A stretch of DNA of 64,000 bases, taken from Candidatus Parcubacteria bacterium (GTDB taxonomy: Bacteria > Patescibacteriota > Microgenomatia > UBA12405). Below the pieces are notes generated by a model. The model was given only the letters and a program-made list of their open reading frames with translations, was not told the origin of the DNA and made no database searches. The stretch lies in the NCBI GenBank assembly GCA_023396915.1, contig JAEWUV010000007.1:18077-82076 (forward strand). Direction: 5' to 3'. The translations under genes were made by a program, and so were the position numbers. Position 1 is the stretch's first letter. Each line of letters opens with the position of its first letter. This document shows, piece after piece, positions 37,420 through 47,639 of the stretch.

Positions 37420-37783
37420 AATGTTTAATACTTCTAATCGTTTTATCTTCGTTTAAAACAATGCACACCGCATCTATTCGATATTTAGAAAAACCTTTGG
37501 CAATAGGGGATTCTAATACCAAAAAACTTTCTGCCACCTTCCTAATTTTCCACAATTTATTTTTATTAATCATTTCTTCTGGTGTTCCGTATCTGTCTCC
37601 AATTTTAAGTTTCACTTCCACAAATACCAACCAGTCATTGTCCGACATTACAATATCAATTTCACCTAATTTATTGGAATAATTAGACTCAATTAATTTA
37701 AACCCTTTTTCAATCAAAAATTTTCTGGCAATTTCTTCCCCTTCCTTTCCCTTTTTATAATTCTTGCTTTTATCTTCAAACAT
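37400..37783 (-). CDS. yraN: YraN-family (UPF0102) endonuclease-fold protein
   Basis: GKEGEEIARKFLIEKGFKLIESNYSNKLGEIDIV...VFVEVK, the YraN/PD-(D/E)xK-like signature. Its 5' end overlaps dprA by 20 nt. Confidence 0.75.
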   Translation of the reverse strand: MFEDKSKNYKKGKEGEEIARKFLIEKGFKLIESNYSNKLGEIDIVMSDNDWLVFVEVKLKIGDRYGTPEEMINKNKLWKIRKVAESFLVLESPIAKGFSKYRIDAVCIVLNEDKTIRSIKHYENLYE

Positions 37784-37785
37784 AT

Positions 37786-39324
37786 TTACTCCTCATTTTT
37801 TACTCTATACTGTAACGCTTCCGCAATATGTTGCTCTTTTATTTCCTGGCTCTTGTCCAAATCGGCAATCGTTCTGGCTACTTTTATTAATCTAAAATAA
37901 ACCCGAGCCGATAAATTAAATTTATTAACTGCCTGTTTTAACAGCAAATTTGCCTGATCAGTTAACTCGGCAAATTTTTTCAAATGTCTGTTTTTCATGT
38001 CAGAATTACTGTGAACATGTTCCAAATCTTTAAATCTTTCACTTTGAATTTTCCGAGCCTCAACCACTCTTTTCTTAATTGTTTCTGACTTTTCATTTCT
38101 ATTATCTTCGTTTTTATTTACCATCAATTGATTTACATCAACCGCCGGTACTGTTAAATGAATATCAATTCTATCCATTATTGGTCCGGACAATTTTTTC
38201 CTGTAATTCAAGATTTGAAATTGACCGCATTTACATTCTTTTTTCGGATCTCCCAAGTAGCCACACGGGCAAGGGTTAGCCGCTGCCACTAACATAAATT
38301 GAGCTGGAAAAGTTACCGACCCGGCTGCCCTAGAAATATTTACTAACCCATCTTCCAACGGTTGGCGTAAAGCTTCCAAAGAGCTTCTGCCAAATTCCGG
38401 AAACTCATCCAAAAATAAAACTCCCCTGTGAGCCAATGACACTTCGCCGGGTCGGGGATTACTACCTCCACCAATCAAACCAACTTGTGAAGTTGTATGG
38501 TGCGGTGATCTAAACGGTCTTTGACGGATTAACGAACCACCAGGTGGAATGTTACCGGTAATGGAATATATTTTAGTTACTTCTAAACTTTCTTTTTCTG
38601 TTAAATTTGGCAAAATCCCTGACATCGCCCGAGCCAGCATAGTTTTACCTGATCCCGGTGGCCCCATCATAAATATATTGTGTCCGCCAGCCGCCGCAAT
38701 TTCCAACGCCCGTTTAGCCTGTTCTTGTCCCAAGATTTCAGCAAAATCAAATTCCGGCCTGATATCGTCTAGTATCTCTTCAGTTTCCACTTTTTTAAGC
38801 GGATCGATTAATTTTTCTCCGTTTAAGTGTTTAATTAAATTTTGTAAATTATCTACCGGATAAACACCTACTCCGCTAACTACGCTAGCTTCATTGGCAC
38901 TCATTCGTGGCACAAAAATCTTTTTTATCCCTTTTTCTTTGGCCAATAATGCCAACAAAAATACCCCTCGCGTATGTCTTAATCCGCCATCCAAAGATAA
39001 TTCGCCATAAAAATAAGCCTTTTCTTTGGGTAATATTAATTCTCCGATTGATGCCAGAATCCCCACTGAAATTGGTAAATCATAACATGAACCTTCTTTT
39101 GGCAAATCTGCCGGTGCCAAATTTATGGTGACTTTTGCATTTGGAAATTCAATATTGGTATTTATAATTGCCGTCTTTACTCTTTCCTTGGCTTCTTCTA
39201 CAGCCTTACTGGCCAAGCCTACAATTCCAAAACCAGGGAAGCCTTTATCGGCCACATTTACTTCCACCTCAACCTCTATTCCTTGTAATCCGACACTGGC
39301 AATAGATAAAACTTTCTGAAGCAT
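37786..39324 (-). CDS. comM: YifB/ComM-family Mg-chelatase-like AAA+ ATPase
   Basis: N-terminal Lon-like SSD domain, then Walker A GPPGSGKTMLARA. Confidence 0.85.
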   Translation of the reverse strand: MLQKVLSIASVGLQGIEVEVEVNVADKGFPGFGIVGLASKAVEEAKERVKTAIINTNIEFPNAKVTINLAPADLPKEGSCYDLPISVGILASIGELILPKEKAYFYGELSLDGGLRHTRGVFLLALLAKEKGIKKIFVPRMSANEASVVSGVGVYPVDNLQNLIKHLNGEKLIDPLKKVETEEILDDIRPEFDFAEILGQEQAKRALEIAAAGGHNIFMMGPPGSGKTMLARAMSGILPNLTEKESLEVTKIYSITGNIPPGGSLIRQRPFRSPHHTTSQVGLIGGGSNPRPGEVSLAHRGVLFLDEFPEFGRSSLEALRQPLEDGLVNISRAAGSVTFPAQFMLVAAANPCPCGYLGDPKKECKCGQFQILNYRKKLSGPIMDRIDIHLTVPAVDVNQLMVNKNEDNRNEKSETIKKRVVEARKIQSERFKDLEHVHSNSDMKNRHLKKFAELTDQANLLLKQAVNKFNLSARVYFRLIKVARTIADLDKSQEIKEQHIAEALQYRVKNEE

Positions 39325-39400
39325 TATTAAAATTTACCATAAAAAATCTTTAAACAACTTACCCAAATAAAACCCAAAACATTTTGGTAAAATATAAGTT

Positions 39401-41401
39401 ATGCCTTTTTCTCTTCAATCCGAATATAAACCTAGCGGCGACCAGCCTCAGGCTATCAAAAAACTTTCGGATAATATTATATCTGGTGTTAAACAACAAA
39501 CTTTACTGGGTGTTACCGGGTCCGGCAAGACTTTTACTGTCGCCAATGTCATTCAAAATACTCAACTGCCAACTTTGGTAATTTCTCACAACAAAACTTT
39601 AGCCGGTCAACTTTACCAAGAATTCAAAGAATTATTCCCTCAAAATAAAGTTTCTTATTTCGTCTCTTACTATGATTATTATCAACCTGAGGCTTATATT
39701 CCCGCCTCCGACACCTATATTGCCAAAGAAGTCGATATTAACGACCGAATTGATCGCCTTCGTTTGGAAGCCACTTCAAATCTACTCTCTGGCAATGACA
39801 ACATTATTATTGCCTCAGTCAGTTGTATCTATAACATCGGTGACCCGGTTGAATTTGAAAATATGACTTTTTCTTTGGAAGTTGGCAAAAACTATCCCCG
39901 CCGACAACTTTTAGAAAATTTAGTTTCTCTTTTTTACACTAGATCTGAATTGGAATTTAAGCGTTCTACTTTTCGAGTTAGAGGGGAAAATATTGATTTG
40001 TGGCCATCATACATCGACTCATATTTAGCCCTGGAATTTCAAAATGAAACTTTAGTAAAAATCACTCAACGCCATCCTCTAACCGGTAAAGAAATTATTT
40101 TAGAAAGATGGAAATTATTTCCGGCCAAACAATACGTCAGCGGCCATCGGGATTTGGATGATATTTTTAAACAAATCAGATCGGATTGCGATAAACAGGT
40201 CGAACTGTTTAAATCTCAAAATAAAATTCTTGAAGCCCATCGAATCCAACAACGGGTTGAATACGACTTAGAAATGCTTCAGGAAACTGGTTACATTAAC
40301 GGTATTGAAAATTACTCCATTTATTTCGATCAGAACAGAAAACACGGCGATCCTCCATACACTTTAGTCGATTATTTCCGCCATCTATGGGGTGATAAAT
40401 TTTTAACTGTTATCGATGAATCCCATGTAACCGTTCCCCAAATTGGCGGTATGTATGCTGGTGATTTAGCTCGTAAAACAAATTTAATTGACTTCGGTTT
40501 TCGCTTACCCTCGGCCTTGGATAATCGTCCTCTAAAATTTAATGAATTTGAGCAACGGTTGAGTAATGTAATTTATGTTTCTGCCACTCCGGCTAAATAT
40601 GAATTTGAAAAATCAGGCAAATATGTAGCCGAACAAATAATTCGTCCTACTGGTTTGGTTGACCCGGAAATTAAAATTAAATCGACTAAAAATCAAATTC
40701 CTGATTTAGTTGAAGAAATTAAAATTAGAGTTTCCAAAAAGGAACGAACTCTAGTGGTTACTCTAACCAAACGTATGGCCGAAGATTTGGCTAATTATCT
40801 TGCCGACCCCACCAAGGTAGATACTAATTTAAAAGTTGCCTATCTTCATTCAGATATAGACACTCTGGAAAGGTCCAAGATATTAGACGATTTACGTTCC
40901 GGTAATTATGATGTCTTAGTCGGTATTAATCTGCTTCGTGAAGGTTTAGATTTACCCGAGGTTAGTTTGGTTGCCATTTTAGATGCTGATCAACAAGGCT
41001 TTTTACGTTCCCAGTCATCACTAATTCAAATTATGGGTCGGGCCTCACGCCATATTGAAGGTAAAGTAATTTTGTATGCCGATTCAGTTTCTGATGCTAT
41101 GGATGGTGCTATTCGTGAGGTTAATCGTCGCCGTAAAATTCAACTTAAATATAATCAGGATAATAACATTACTCCCAAATCAGTGGTAAAATCTATCCGT
41201 CCTCAAATAGTAGAAAATCTTCAAAAAGTAGAAAAAACTAACTGGGCAAAAATTGACACTTCATCCTTGACCCCAACACAACGCCAAAAACAAATCAAAG
41301 GACTCAAAAAACAAATGCGGAAATATGCTTTTAATTTAGATTTTGAAGAAGCTATTCGCATCCGCGACCAAATTAGAGAAATAGAAAAATATGGTAGATA
41401 A
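39401..41401 (+). CDS. uvrB: excinuclease ABC subunit B
   Basis: GVTGSGKTFT helicase motif I and a C-terminal UVR domain (FEEAIRIRDQIREIE). Confidence 0.9.
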   Translation: MPFSLQSEYKPSGDQPQAIKKLSDNIISGVKQQTLLGVTGSGKTFTVANVIQNTQLPTLVISHNKTLAGQLYQEFKELFPQNKVSYFVSYYDYYQPEAYIPASDTYIAKEVDINDRIDRLRLEATSNLLSGNDNIIIASVSCIYNIGDPVEFENMTFSLEVGKNYPRRQLLENLVSLFYTRSELEFKRSTFRVRGENIDLWPSYIDSYLALEFQNETLVKITQRHPLTGKEIILERWKLFPAKQYVSGHRDLDDIFKQIRSDCDKQVELFKSQNKILEAHRIQQRVEYDLEMLQETGYINGIENYSIYFDQNRKHGDPPYTLVDYFRHLWGDKFLTVIDESHVTVPQIGGMYAGDLARKTNLIDFGFRLPSALDNRPLKFNEFEQRLSNVIYVSATPAKYEFEKSGKYVAEQIIRPTGLVDPEIKIKSTKNQIPDLVEEIKIRVSKKERTLVVTLTKRMAEDLANYLADPTKVDTNLKVAYLHSDIDTLERSKILDDLRSGNYDVLVGINLLREGLDLPEVSLVAILDADQQGFLRSQSSLIQIMGRASRHIEGKVILYADSVSDAMDGAIREVNRRRKIQLKYNQDNNITPKSVVKSIRPQIVENLQKVEKTNWAKIDTSSLTPTQRQKQIKGLKKQMRKYAFNLDFEEAIRIRDQIREIEKYGR

Positions 41402-44057
41402 AATAATTGTCAAAGGGGCCAAAGAAAACAATCTTAAAAATGTTTCTTTTGACTTCCCTAAAAATAAATTAGTCGTATTTACCGGAGTTTCTGGTTCCGG
41501 TAAATCATCTATGGCTTTCGACACTCTTTTTGCCGAAGGTCAACGTCGCTATGTTGAAAGTCTTTCCTCTTATGCCCGTCAATTTTTAGGTAATATGAAA
41601 CGCCCCGAAGTTGATTTAATCGAAGGTCTTTCTCCGTCGATTGCCATCAACCAAAAAGCTATTTCTCATAACCCCAGATCAACCGTTGGTACAGTCACTG
41701 AAATTTATGATTACTTGCGTTTACTTTTTGCCAGAATCGGACACCCGCATTGTCCCGAGTGTGGTCGCGAGGTTTCCCCTCAAACCAGTCGCCAAATTGT
41801 TAATCAGATTTTAGATATTGCCCAAATTGAAGTTAAAGGTCTAAATCTTTTTCGATTTTTGGTTTTATCTCCTTTAGTACGTGATAAAAAAGGGGATTTT
41901 AAAGGTCTTGCCGAAAACCTTAAAAAACAGGGTTATAAATGGATTCGGGTCGATAACCAAATTATCGATTTATATTCTGATTTCGGTATTGCCAAAACTA
42001 ACAAACATAATATTGATGTTATCGTTGACAGGGTTTCCCTTAATAAAGAAAATCTAAAAGATACCAAACCAATTTCTGACAGATTAATTGATGGGGTTGA
42101 ACAAAGTATGAAGTTGGCTAACGGTCTGGTTATTATCGCTCAAGTTTTTGATACTGGTTTTGATTTTCCTGACAGACCTGCAAGTTTAAAAGATACCCTA
42201 TTTTCTGAAAATTTTGCCTGTCCTCATTGTAATATTTCACTTCCCGAAATCGAACCCAGACTTTTTTCTTTCAATTCACCTCAGGGTGCTTGTCTGGAAT
42301 GTAAAGGTCTTGGCTCTAAATTTCAAATTGATCGGTCTAAATTTCCCGAATGGCGGGCCAGAATGATGGAAAGCCGTTATGTTAATTCGGGATCAGATGC
42401 CATCCGCGATGAATTAGAAAAATTCATGACTAAAACTGAGTGTTTATCTTGTCATGGTTCCCGTCTTAATCCGGAAGCTCTTTCCGTCCATATTTTAGGC
42501 AAAAATATTTATGAAGTTACTCAACTTCCCATAGAAAAACTCAACATTTGGTTAAATGAGCTGTCTTCAAAATTAAACAGTGACAAAGAAAAAGAAATTG
42601 TCGATCCAATTAAAAAAGAATTGGCCGCCAGAATTGAATTTTTATTGGCTGTCGGTTTAGACTATCTAAGTCTTGATAGGGAAGCAGGGACACTCTCTAG
42701 TGGTGAGTCGCAACGAATTAGACTTGCCAGCCAGATTGGCACTGGTCTTACTGGAGTCCTTTATATCCTAGACGAACCAACCATTGGTCTTCATTCCCGT
42801 GATAACGACAGGCTTATCGGCACTCTCAAAAAACTTCGTGACCTAGGAAATTCATTAGTAGTTGTTGAGCATGATGAAGATGTTATAAAATCTGCTGATT
42901 ATATAGTTGATTTTGGCCAATATGCTGGTAAAAACGGCGGTGAAGTCATCTCTCAAGGTTCATTGGAAGATATTAAAAAAAATAATAAATCTTTAACTGG
43001 AAAATATTTGTCCGGAAAACTACAAATAAAAAGTAATATTGATTCACATATTAACAATCCTGATTATAAAATTTCTATAAAAGGTTGCCGTCAATGGAAC
43101 TTAAAAAATATTAATGTCAACTTCCCTCTTAATAAATTAATTTGTGTTACCGGAGTCTCCGGATCAGGTAAATCTACTTTGGTTCACGACACTCTTTATG
43201 GCGGTGTTCGCAAAGCCACACTTGGTAATTACTATGGAACCATAGGAGAATATGATGAAATAACTGGCGCCGATAAAGTTTCTGATGTTTTACTGGTTGA
43301 TCAATCTCCTATTGGTCGCACTCCTCGTAGTAATCCGGCTACATATACTAAAATTTTTGATGATATTCGAAACTTGATGGCCCAAACTGTTGAAGCCCAA
43401 ATTCGTGGCTACAATTCCAGTCGTTTTTCTTTTAATGTCAAAGACGGTCGCTGTCCAGTTTGTCAGGGCCAAGGCCAAATTAAAATTGAAATGCAATTTC
43501 TACCCGATATTTATGTTACTTGTGATGAATGTCATGGAACACGTTTCAAAGAGGAAACTTTGGAAGTTGAATATAAAGGCAAAAATATTGCCCAAATCCT
43601 AAACATGACCATTGATGAAGCCGCCGAATTTTTCAAAAATATTCCCCGTCTTCGTCGCAATTTAGAGACAATTCAATCAGTAGGGTTAGGTTATTTGGAA
43701 TTGGGTCAGGCTTCAAATACCCTTTCCGGAGGGGAGTCTCAACGTTTAAAAATCAGCCGTGAGTTAGTCAAAAAAGAAAACGGTAAAATGCTTTATATCC
43801 TAGACGAACCAACCACTGGACTTCACTTTTATGACGTTGATAAATTAATCAAAGTTTTGCGTCAATTAGTCGATAAAGGGAACACTGTTGTTTTAATTGA
43901 ACATAATTTAGATGTCATCAAAAACGCCGATTGGATTATTGATATGGGCCCGGAAGGTGGCGAAAAGGGTGGAGAAGTTGTTGCCGTTGGCACAGTTCAG
44001 GATATTATCAATTGTTCTCGTAGCTACACCGGCCAATACCTCAAAAAAAATCTTTAA
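41391..44057 (+). CDS. uvrA: excinuclease ABC subunit A
   Basis: Two ABC cassettes (GVSGSGKSS...; signature LSGGESQR twice) and zinc-finger Cys pairs. Confidence 0.9.
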   Translation: MVDKIIVKGAKENNLKNVSFDFPKNKLVVFTGVSGSGKSSMAFDTLFAEGQRRYVESLSSYARQFLGNMKRPEVDLIEGLSPSIAINQKAISHNPRSTVGTVTEIYDYLRLLFARIGHPHCPECGREVSPQTSRQIVNQILDIAQIEVKGLNLFRFLVLSPLVRDKKGDFKGLAENLKKQGYKWIRVDNQIIDLYSDFGIAKTNKHNIDVIVDRVSLNKENLKDTKPISDRLIDGVEQSMKLANGLVIIAQVFDTGFDFPDRPASLKDTLFSENFACPHCNISLPEIEPRLFSFNSPQGACLECKGLGSKFQIDRSKFPEWRARMMESRYVNSGSDAIRDELEKFMTKTECLSCHGSRLNPEALSVHILGKNIYEVTQLPIEKLNIWLNELSSKLNSDKEKEIVDPIKKELAARIEFLLAVGLDYLSLDREAGTLSSGESQRIRLASQIGTGLTGVLYILDEPTIGLHSRDNDRLIGTLKKLRDLGNSLVVVEHDEDVIKSADYIVDFGQYAGKNGGEVISQGSLEDIKKNNKSLTGKYLSGKLQIKSNIDSHINNPDYKISIKGCRQWNLKNINVNFPLNKLICVTGVSGSGKSTLVHDTLYGGVRKATLGNYYGTIGEYDEITGADKVSDVLLVDQSPIGRTPRSNPATYTKIFDDIRNLMAQTVEAQIRGYNSSRFSFNVKDGRCPVCQGQGQIKIEMQFLPDIYVTCDECHGTRFKEETLEVEYKGKNIAQILNMTIDEAAEFFKNIPRLRRNLETIQSVGLGYLELGQASNTLSGGESQRLKISRELVKKENGKMLYILDEPTTGLHFYDVDKLIKVLRQLVDKGNTVVLIEHNLDVIKNADWIIDMGPEGGEKGGEVVAVGTVQDIINCSRSYTGQYLKKNL

Positions 44058-45571
44058 TTACATTTTTCTCTAATTTCTACCGTCGTTCTCCATCCCGTTT
44101 TCCATTTATCTACCGTGCAATAATCATTAAATTGATTTAACCATCCCACATATAAATCTTTAGTTTCATAAATTAGGGCAATTTTGCCATCAGCATCAAT
44201 CCTCATTTTTTCATAAAACTTATTTTGGGTTCGGATATATTCTGGCACTTCGGTCAAACTATACGACACTTTATTCGGCATATAACCATATTTCTTAATT
44301 CCATACCACCAATACAAATATTGATTTGGATAATCATAAATTTCTGGTACATAACTAAATGCCTCAAATCCTTTTCCCTCCATTTCTTCATAAACCCAAT
44401 CAATACTTTTAATTAAATTAGCCAAATTTTTCGGATCGTCACTTGTCTTTTGTTTAACAAACTGCCATTGATCTGCACTAACTAAGTAGACATTTCTAAG
44501 TAACAAAACCCCAACCAATAAAAATACTACCTTTTTAAATTTATTTATATTTACTAATCCAATTCCAACTACAAAACAATACCAAACCCTTAAACTTTCC
44601 AAATACCACCCTTTTAATTCGTGATGATATATCGCTGTATAAAATAAGAATGCAAAAACCAAAAATGAAATAAAATAAAGTCCTATTTTTCGATATTTTT
44701 TATTGATTAAAATTAGTACAACCGCCGCTATTAAAATTCCTAAACCCCAACCATAATTGGCGATAAATTGACCCTCAAAAAACTTCCTAATAGTCGTTAA
44801 GTGTGAAATTACAACTTCACTAAATTTCATTTTGTCTCCAAGAACATTATTTCCTCCAGAAAAAATACCAAGTAGTAATTTTGTCATTTGAAACCTATTC
44901 TTTATTTCCAAAAGAATTTGCGGCAAAAACCAGGGGAGGACTCCAATTAAAAAACCTTTCCATGAATTTACTCTTTTGTTTAAAATAATTATCAAAACTG
45001 AAAATATCAAACAAACGATTCCAAAAGCCGCTTCAAACTGAGTTAAGACCGCACTGGTTATACCCAGCCATAAAATTGATTTTTTATCCTTTTTTTCAAT
45101 AAAATTCCATAATGCTACAAAAAAATAAACGCTCAAATAAGCCGCCATATTCGCATTCCAAAAATATCTAGTCCAATTAAATATCTGTGGTGCCATTAAA
45201 AACAAAGTTGCTATCAAAAATCCTAAGATCTTATTTCTTTTTCTAAAATACCAATAAATAAATCCTCCGGAAAACAAAAATAGAATTATATTCCAATAAA
45301 CCAAAGCCTGTGGGTTGCCCATTCCTACCCAAAAAGCGGGTAAATTTATGTAGTAATAAAATGGCCCTAATCTCAATCCGTTAATTGAAGTTGTTGGCCC
45401 CAAAACTGCCAAATCCTTAAATGTCCCCAAGGCTCTAATGTCCAACATGTCGCGTGCCTGGTCATAAGTAAAAAAAGTATTGTAATTTTTAACTTGTAAA
45501 AATCTGACGATTCCTGAAACCAAAAAAACAATACTAAAAATTATCGTTAAAAATTTTTCCATTCTTTTCAT
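44054..45571 (-). CDS. polytopic membrane protein, GT-C-like (ArnT/PMT-type glycosyltransferase suspected)
   Basis: 505 aa with more than 10 TM helices and a short periplasmic-type C-terminal soluble region. Stop overlaps the uvrA stop (convergent). Confidence 0.5.
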   Translation of the reverse strand: MKRMEKFLTIIFSIVFLVSGIVRFLQVKNYNTFFTYDQARDMLDIRALGTFKDLAVLGPTTSINGLRLGPFYYYINLPAFWVGMGNPQALVYWNIILFLFSGGFIYWYFRKRNKILGFLIATLFLMAPQIFNWTRYFWNANMAAYLSVYFFVALWNFIEKKDKKSILWLGITSAVLTQFEAAFGIVCLIFSVLIIILNKRVNSWKGFLIGVLPWFLPQILLEIKNRFQMTKLLLGIFSGGNNVLGDKMKFSEVVISHLTTIRKFFEGQFIANYGWGLGILIAAVVLILINKKYRKIGLYFISFLVFAFLFYTAIYHHELKGWYLESLRVWYCFVVGIGLVNINKFKKVVFLLVGVLLLRNVYLVSADQWQFVKQKTSDDPKNLANLIKSIDWVYEEMEGKGFEAFSYVPEIYDYPNQYLYWWYGIKKYGYMPNKVSYSLTEVPEYIRTQNKFYEKMRIDADGKIALIYETKDLYVGWLNQFNDYCTVDKWKTGWRTTVEIREKCN

Positions 45572-45593
45572 ACTTTCATTATATAATACCTGT

Positions 45594-46889
45594 GTGTTTG
45601 ATTTAACCCATATTCCAACATCTCCTGGTGTTTATATTTACAAAGACGCTAGTGGCAAAATAATTTATATTGGCAAAGCCGTTAATCTAAAAAAACGGGT
45701 TTCTCAATATTTTCAGTCTGATCAAGCTTTGGGTTATAAAACTTCCCGACTAGTTTCTCAAATTGTTGATATTAACTTCCATACTGTTGGTTCTGAAATT
45801 GAAGCCCTGATATTAGAATCAAGTCTTATCAAACAATATCGTCCTAAATTTAATTCCCAACTCAAAGACGATAAAAGTTATGTCTATATCACCATTACCA
45901 AAGATAAATTCCCCCTAATTAAACCGGCTTTCAAATCAACTCTAAACAAAGATGATTTGTTTTATGGCCCTTTCCCTGACAGCCGTTCGGTCAAAAATCT
46001 TTTAAAAACTATCCGCCACATATTCCCTTATTATTCAAAAAAACACGGCGGTAAAAAATGTTTATATTGTCACCTTGGATTATGTCCAGGACCAAATCCA
46101 AATCTAAAGGAATATAAGGCCAACATTAAAAATATCAAAAAAATATTTAACGGTCATATCAGGAAGCTTATCTTTCAACTTAAAAAAGAAATGGACGCTT
46201 TTTCAAAAGATGAAAACTTTGAAATGGCCAAAGTAAGACGTGATCAAATAAACTCTCTAACTTACATTACCTCTGGTTGGCGAAACTTAAGTAATCTTTA
46301 CCAAGATATCGAATTTAAAGAAGACAAATTTCAAAAAGCTACAGACGAGTTAATTCTTACTTTATCTTCATATTTTCCAAACATTAAAAAGATTAATCGT
46401 ATCGAAGTCTATGATATTTCCAATTTAGGATCCAAAGTTTTTGTCGGCGCCATGACTGTTTATCAAAATGGCAAAATTGACAATTCAGCTTATCGTCAAT
46501 TTAAAATCAACAGTAAAACTATTCCCGATGATCAATTTATGATTAAAGAAGTTATTTATCGTCGTCTTAAACATCCTGAATGGGGGAAACCTGATTTGAT
46601 TTTAGTCGATGGTGGCAAACCTCAAGTTTCTGCCGCTAATCAAGCAATTGAAATGCAATTACAGTCTCCCCTCCTTTCATCAAAGGAGGGGATTAAGGGG
46701 TGGATTTTTGGTATTCCTGTTCTTGGTCTTGCTAAAAAATTCGAAACCCTAGTTATAAAAACAACCGATACTTGGGTTGAAATTAACTTACCCAAAAATT
46801 CTCCAGCACTTCAACTTCTTCAACAACTCCGAGACGAAGCCCACCGCTTCTCCAACCGTTACCGAAAAAAACTTTTAAAAATAAATTAA
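45594..46889 (+). CDS. uvrC: excinuclease ABC subunit C, short form lacking the C-terminal (HhH)2 domain
   Basis: GIY-YIG (GVYIYKDASGKIIYIGKAVNLKKRVSQYF), UVR-like helix, RNase-H-like nuclease domain (EVYDISNLGS...), and a C-terminal DEAHRFS. 431 aa, with no HhH motifs after it. Confidence 0.8.
   Translation: MFDLTHIPTSPGVYIYKDASGKIIYIGKAVNLKKRVSQYFQSDQALGYKTSRLVSQIVDINFHTVGSEIEALILESSLIKQYRPKFNSQLKDDKSYVYITITKDKFPLIKPAFKSTLNKDDLFYGPFPDSRSVKNLLKTIRHIFPYYSKKHGGKKCLYCHLGLCPGPNPNLKEYKANIKNIKKIFNGHIRKLIFQLKKEMDAFSKDENFEMAKVRRDQINSLTYITSGWRNLSNLYQDIEFKEDKFQKATDELILTLSSYFPNIKKINRIEVYDISNLGSKVFVGAMTVYQNGKIDNSAYRQFKINSKTIPDDQFMIKEVIYRRLKHPEWGKPDLILVDGGKPQVSAANQAIEMQLQSPLLSSKEGIKGWIFGIPVLGLAKKFETLVIKTTDTWVEINLPKNSPALQLLQQLRDEAHRFSNRYRKKLLKIN
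46667..46692. repeat. GC-rich hairpin, YATC-loop family copy 3, embedded in frame in uvrC (TCCCCTCCTTT-CATC-AAAGGAGGGGA)
   Basis: Perfect 11-bp stem with a CATC loop. It encodes SPLLSSKEGI inside the UvrC RNase-H-like domain, at a position where UvrC proteins vary in length. Confidence 0.45.
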
Positions 46890-46899
46890 AATCTTAGTT

Positions 46900-47595
46900 T
46901 TATTTTTTACCTCCAAAAAAGAAACCAGTTTCATTCTTTTGAGAGATTCTTACTTTAATAGCATCTTCTGGACGAGCAAAGAAACAATATCCTACCTCAA
47001 AAGTTGACGGATGTTTTATATTACCCCTTTTAATTCTTGCATACATACTAACTGCCCTATCACTACCCGGCCTTCCTGTTCCAATAGGTTGTGTAAAAAT
47101 TCCTAATAATTCATACATTTTATGACCCAAAGGGGTATTGTCTGGATCAGAAGAAAATTCAACCGCTATAATTGAACTTAAAAGTATAGTGGAAGTCTCA
47201 TCATCCTTTTTAAATTCTATATTTGTTTTTCCTCCACCTTGGAAAGCTAACAAATTTTCAGCTAGTTGATTATCTGAATATTCTTGATATTTACTTTTAA
47301 TTCTACTTCTAATAATTTTTAAAGTTTCCCCGTTTACGTATGCATAAATTGGTTTCTTTTCAACAACGGGTTCTTTGGTGGGTATAAGTTTTAAATTTTC
47401 TAGTTTAGAAGAAACAGATATCATTTTATTTTCAATCGGAACAATACCAAAACCAGTTCTCTTTACTACATTTTGTGTCTTTGGAAGACCAGGTTTCCTT
47501 AGGGTTATTACAGAAAAATTACCAGCTAAATCAATCCTAATTTGACCATCCCCTGGTGGGGGTGCTTTTCTTTGTCTCTCTTTTAAAGATGCCAT
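46900..47595 (-). CDS. hypothetical protein (231 aa)
   Basis: Intact ORF, 44 nt downstream of rel on the same strand. No recognised motif. Confidence 0.5.
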   Translation of the reverse strand: MASLKERQRKAPPPGDGQIRIDLAGNFSVITLRKPGLPKTQNVVKRTGFGIVPIENKMISVSSKLENLKLIPTKEPVVEKKPIYAYVNGETLKIIRSRIKSKYQEYSDNQLAENLLAFQGGGKTNIEFKKDDETSTILLSSIIAVEFSSDPDNTPLGHKMYELLGIFTQPIGTGRPGSDRAVSMYARIKRGNIKHPSTFEVGYCFFARPEDAIKVRISQKNETGFFFGGKK

Positions 47596-47639
47596 AAAAT
47601 AAATAACCTATAACGTGTAATTTTATTACTTTTAGCCTA

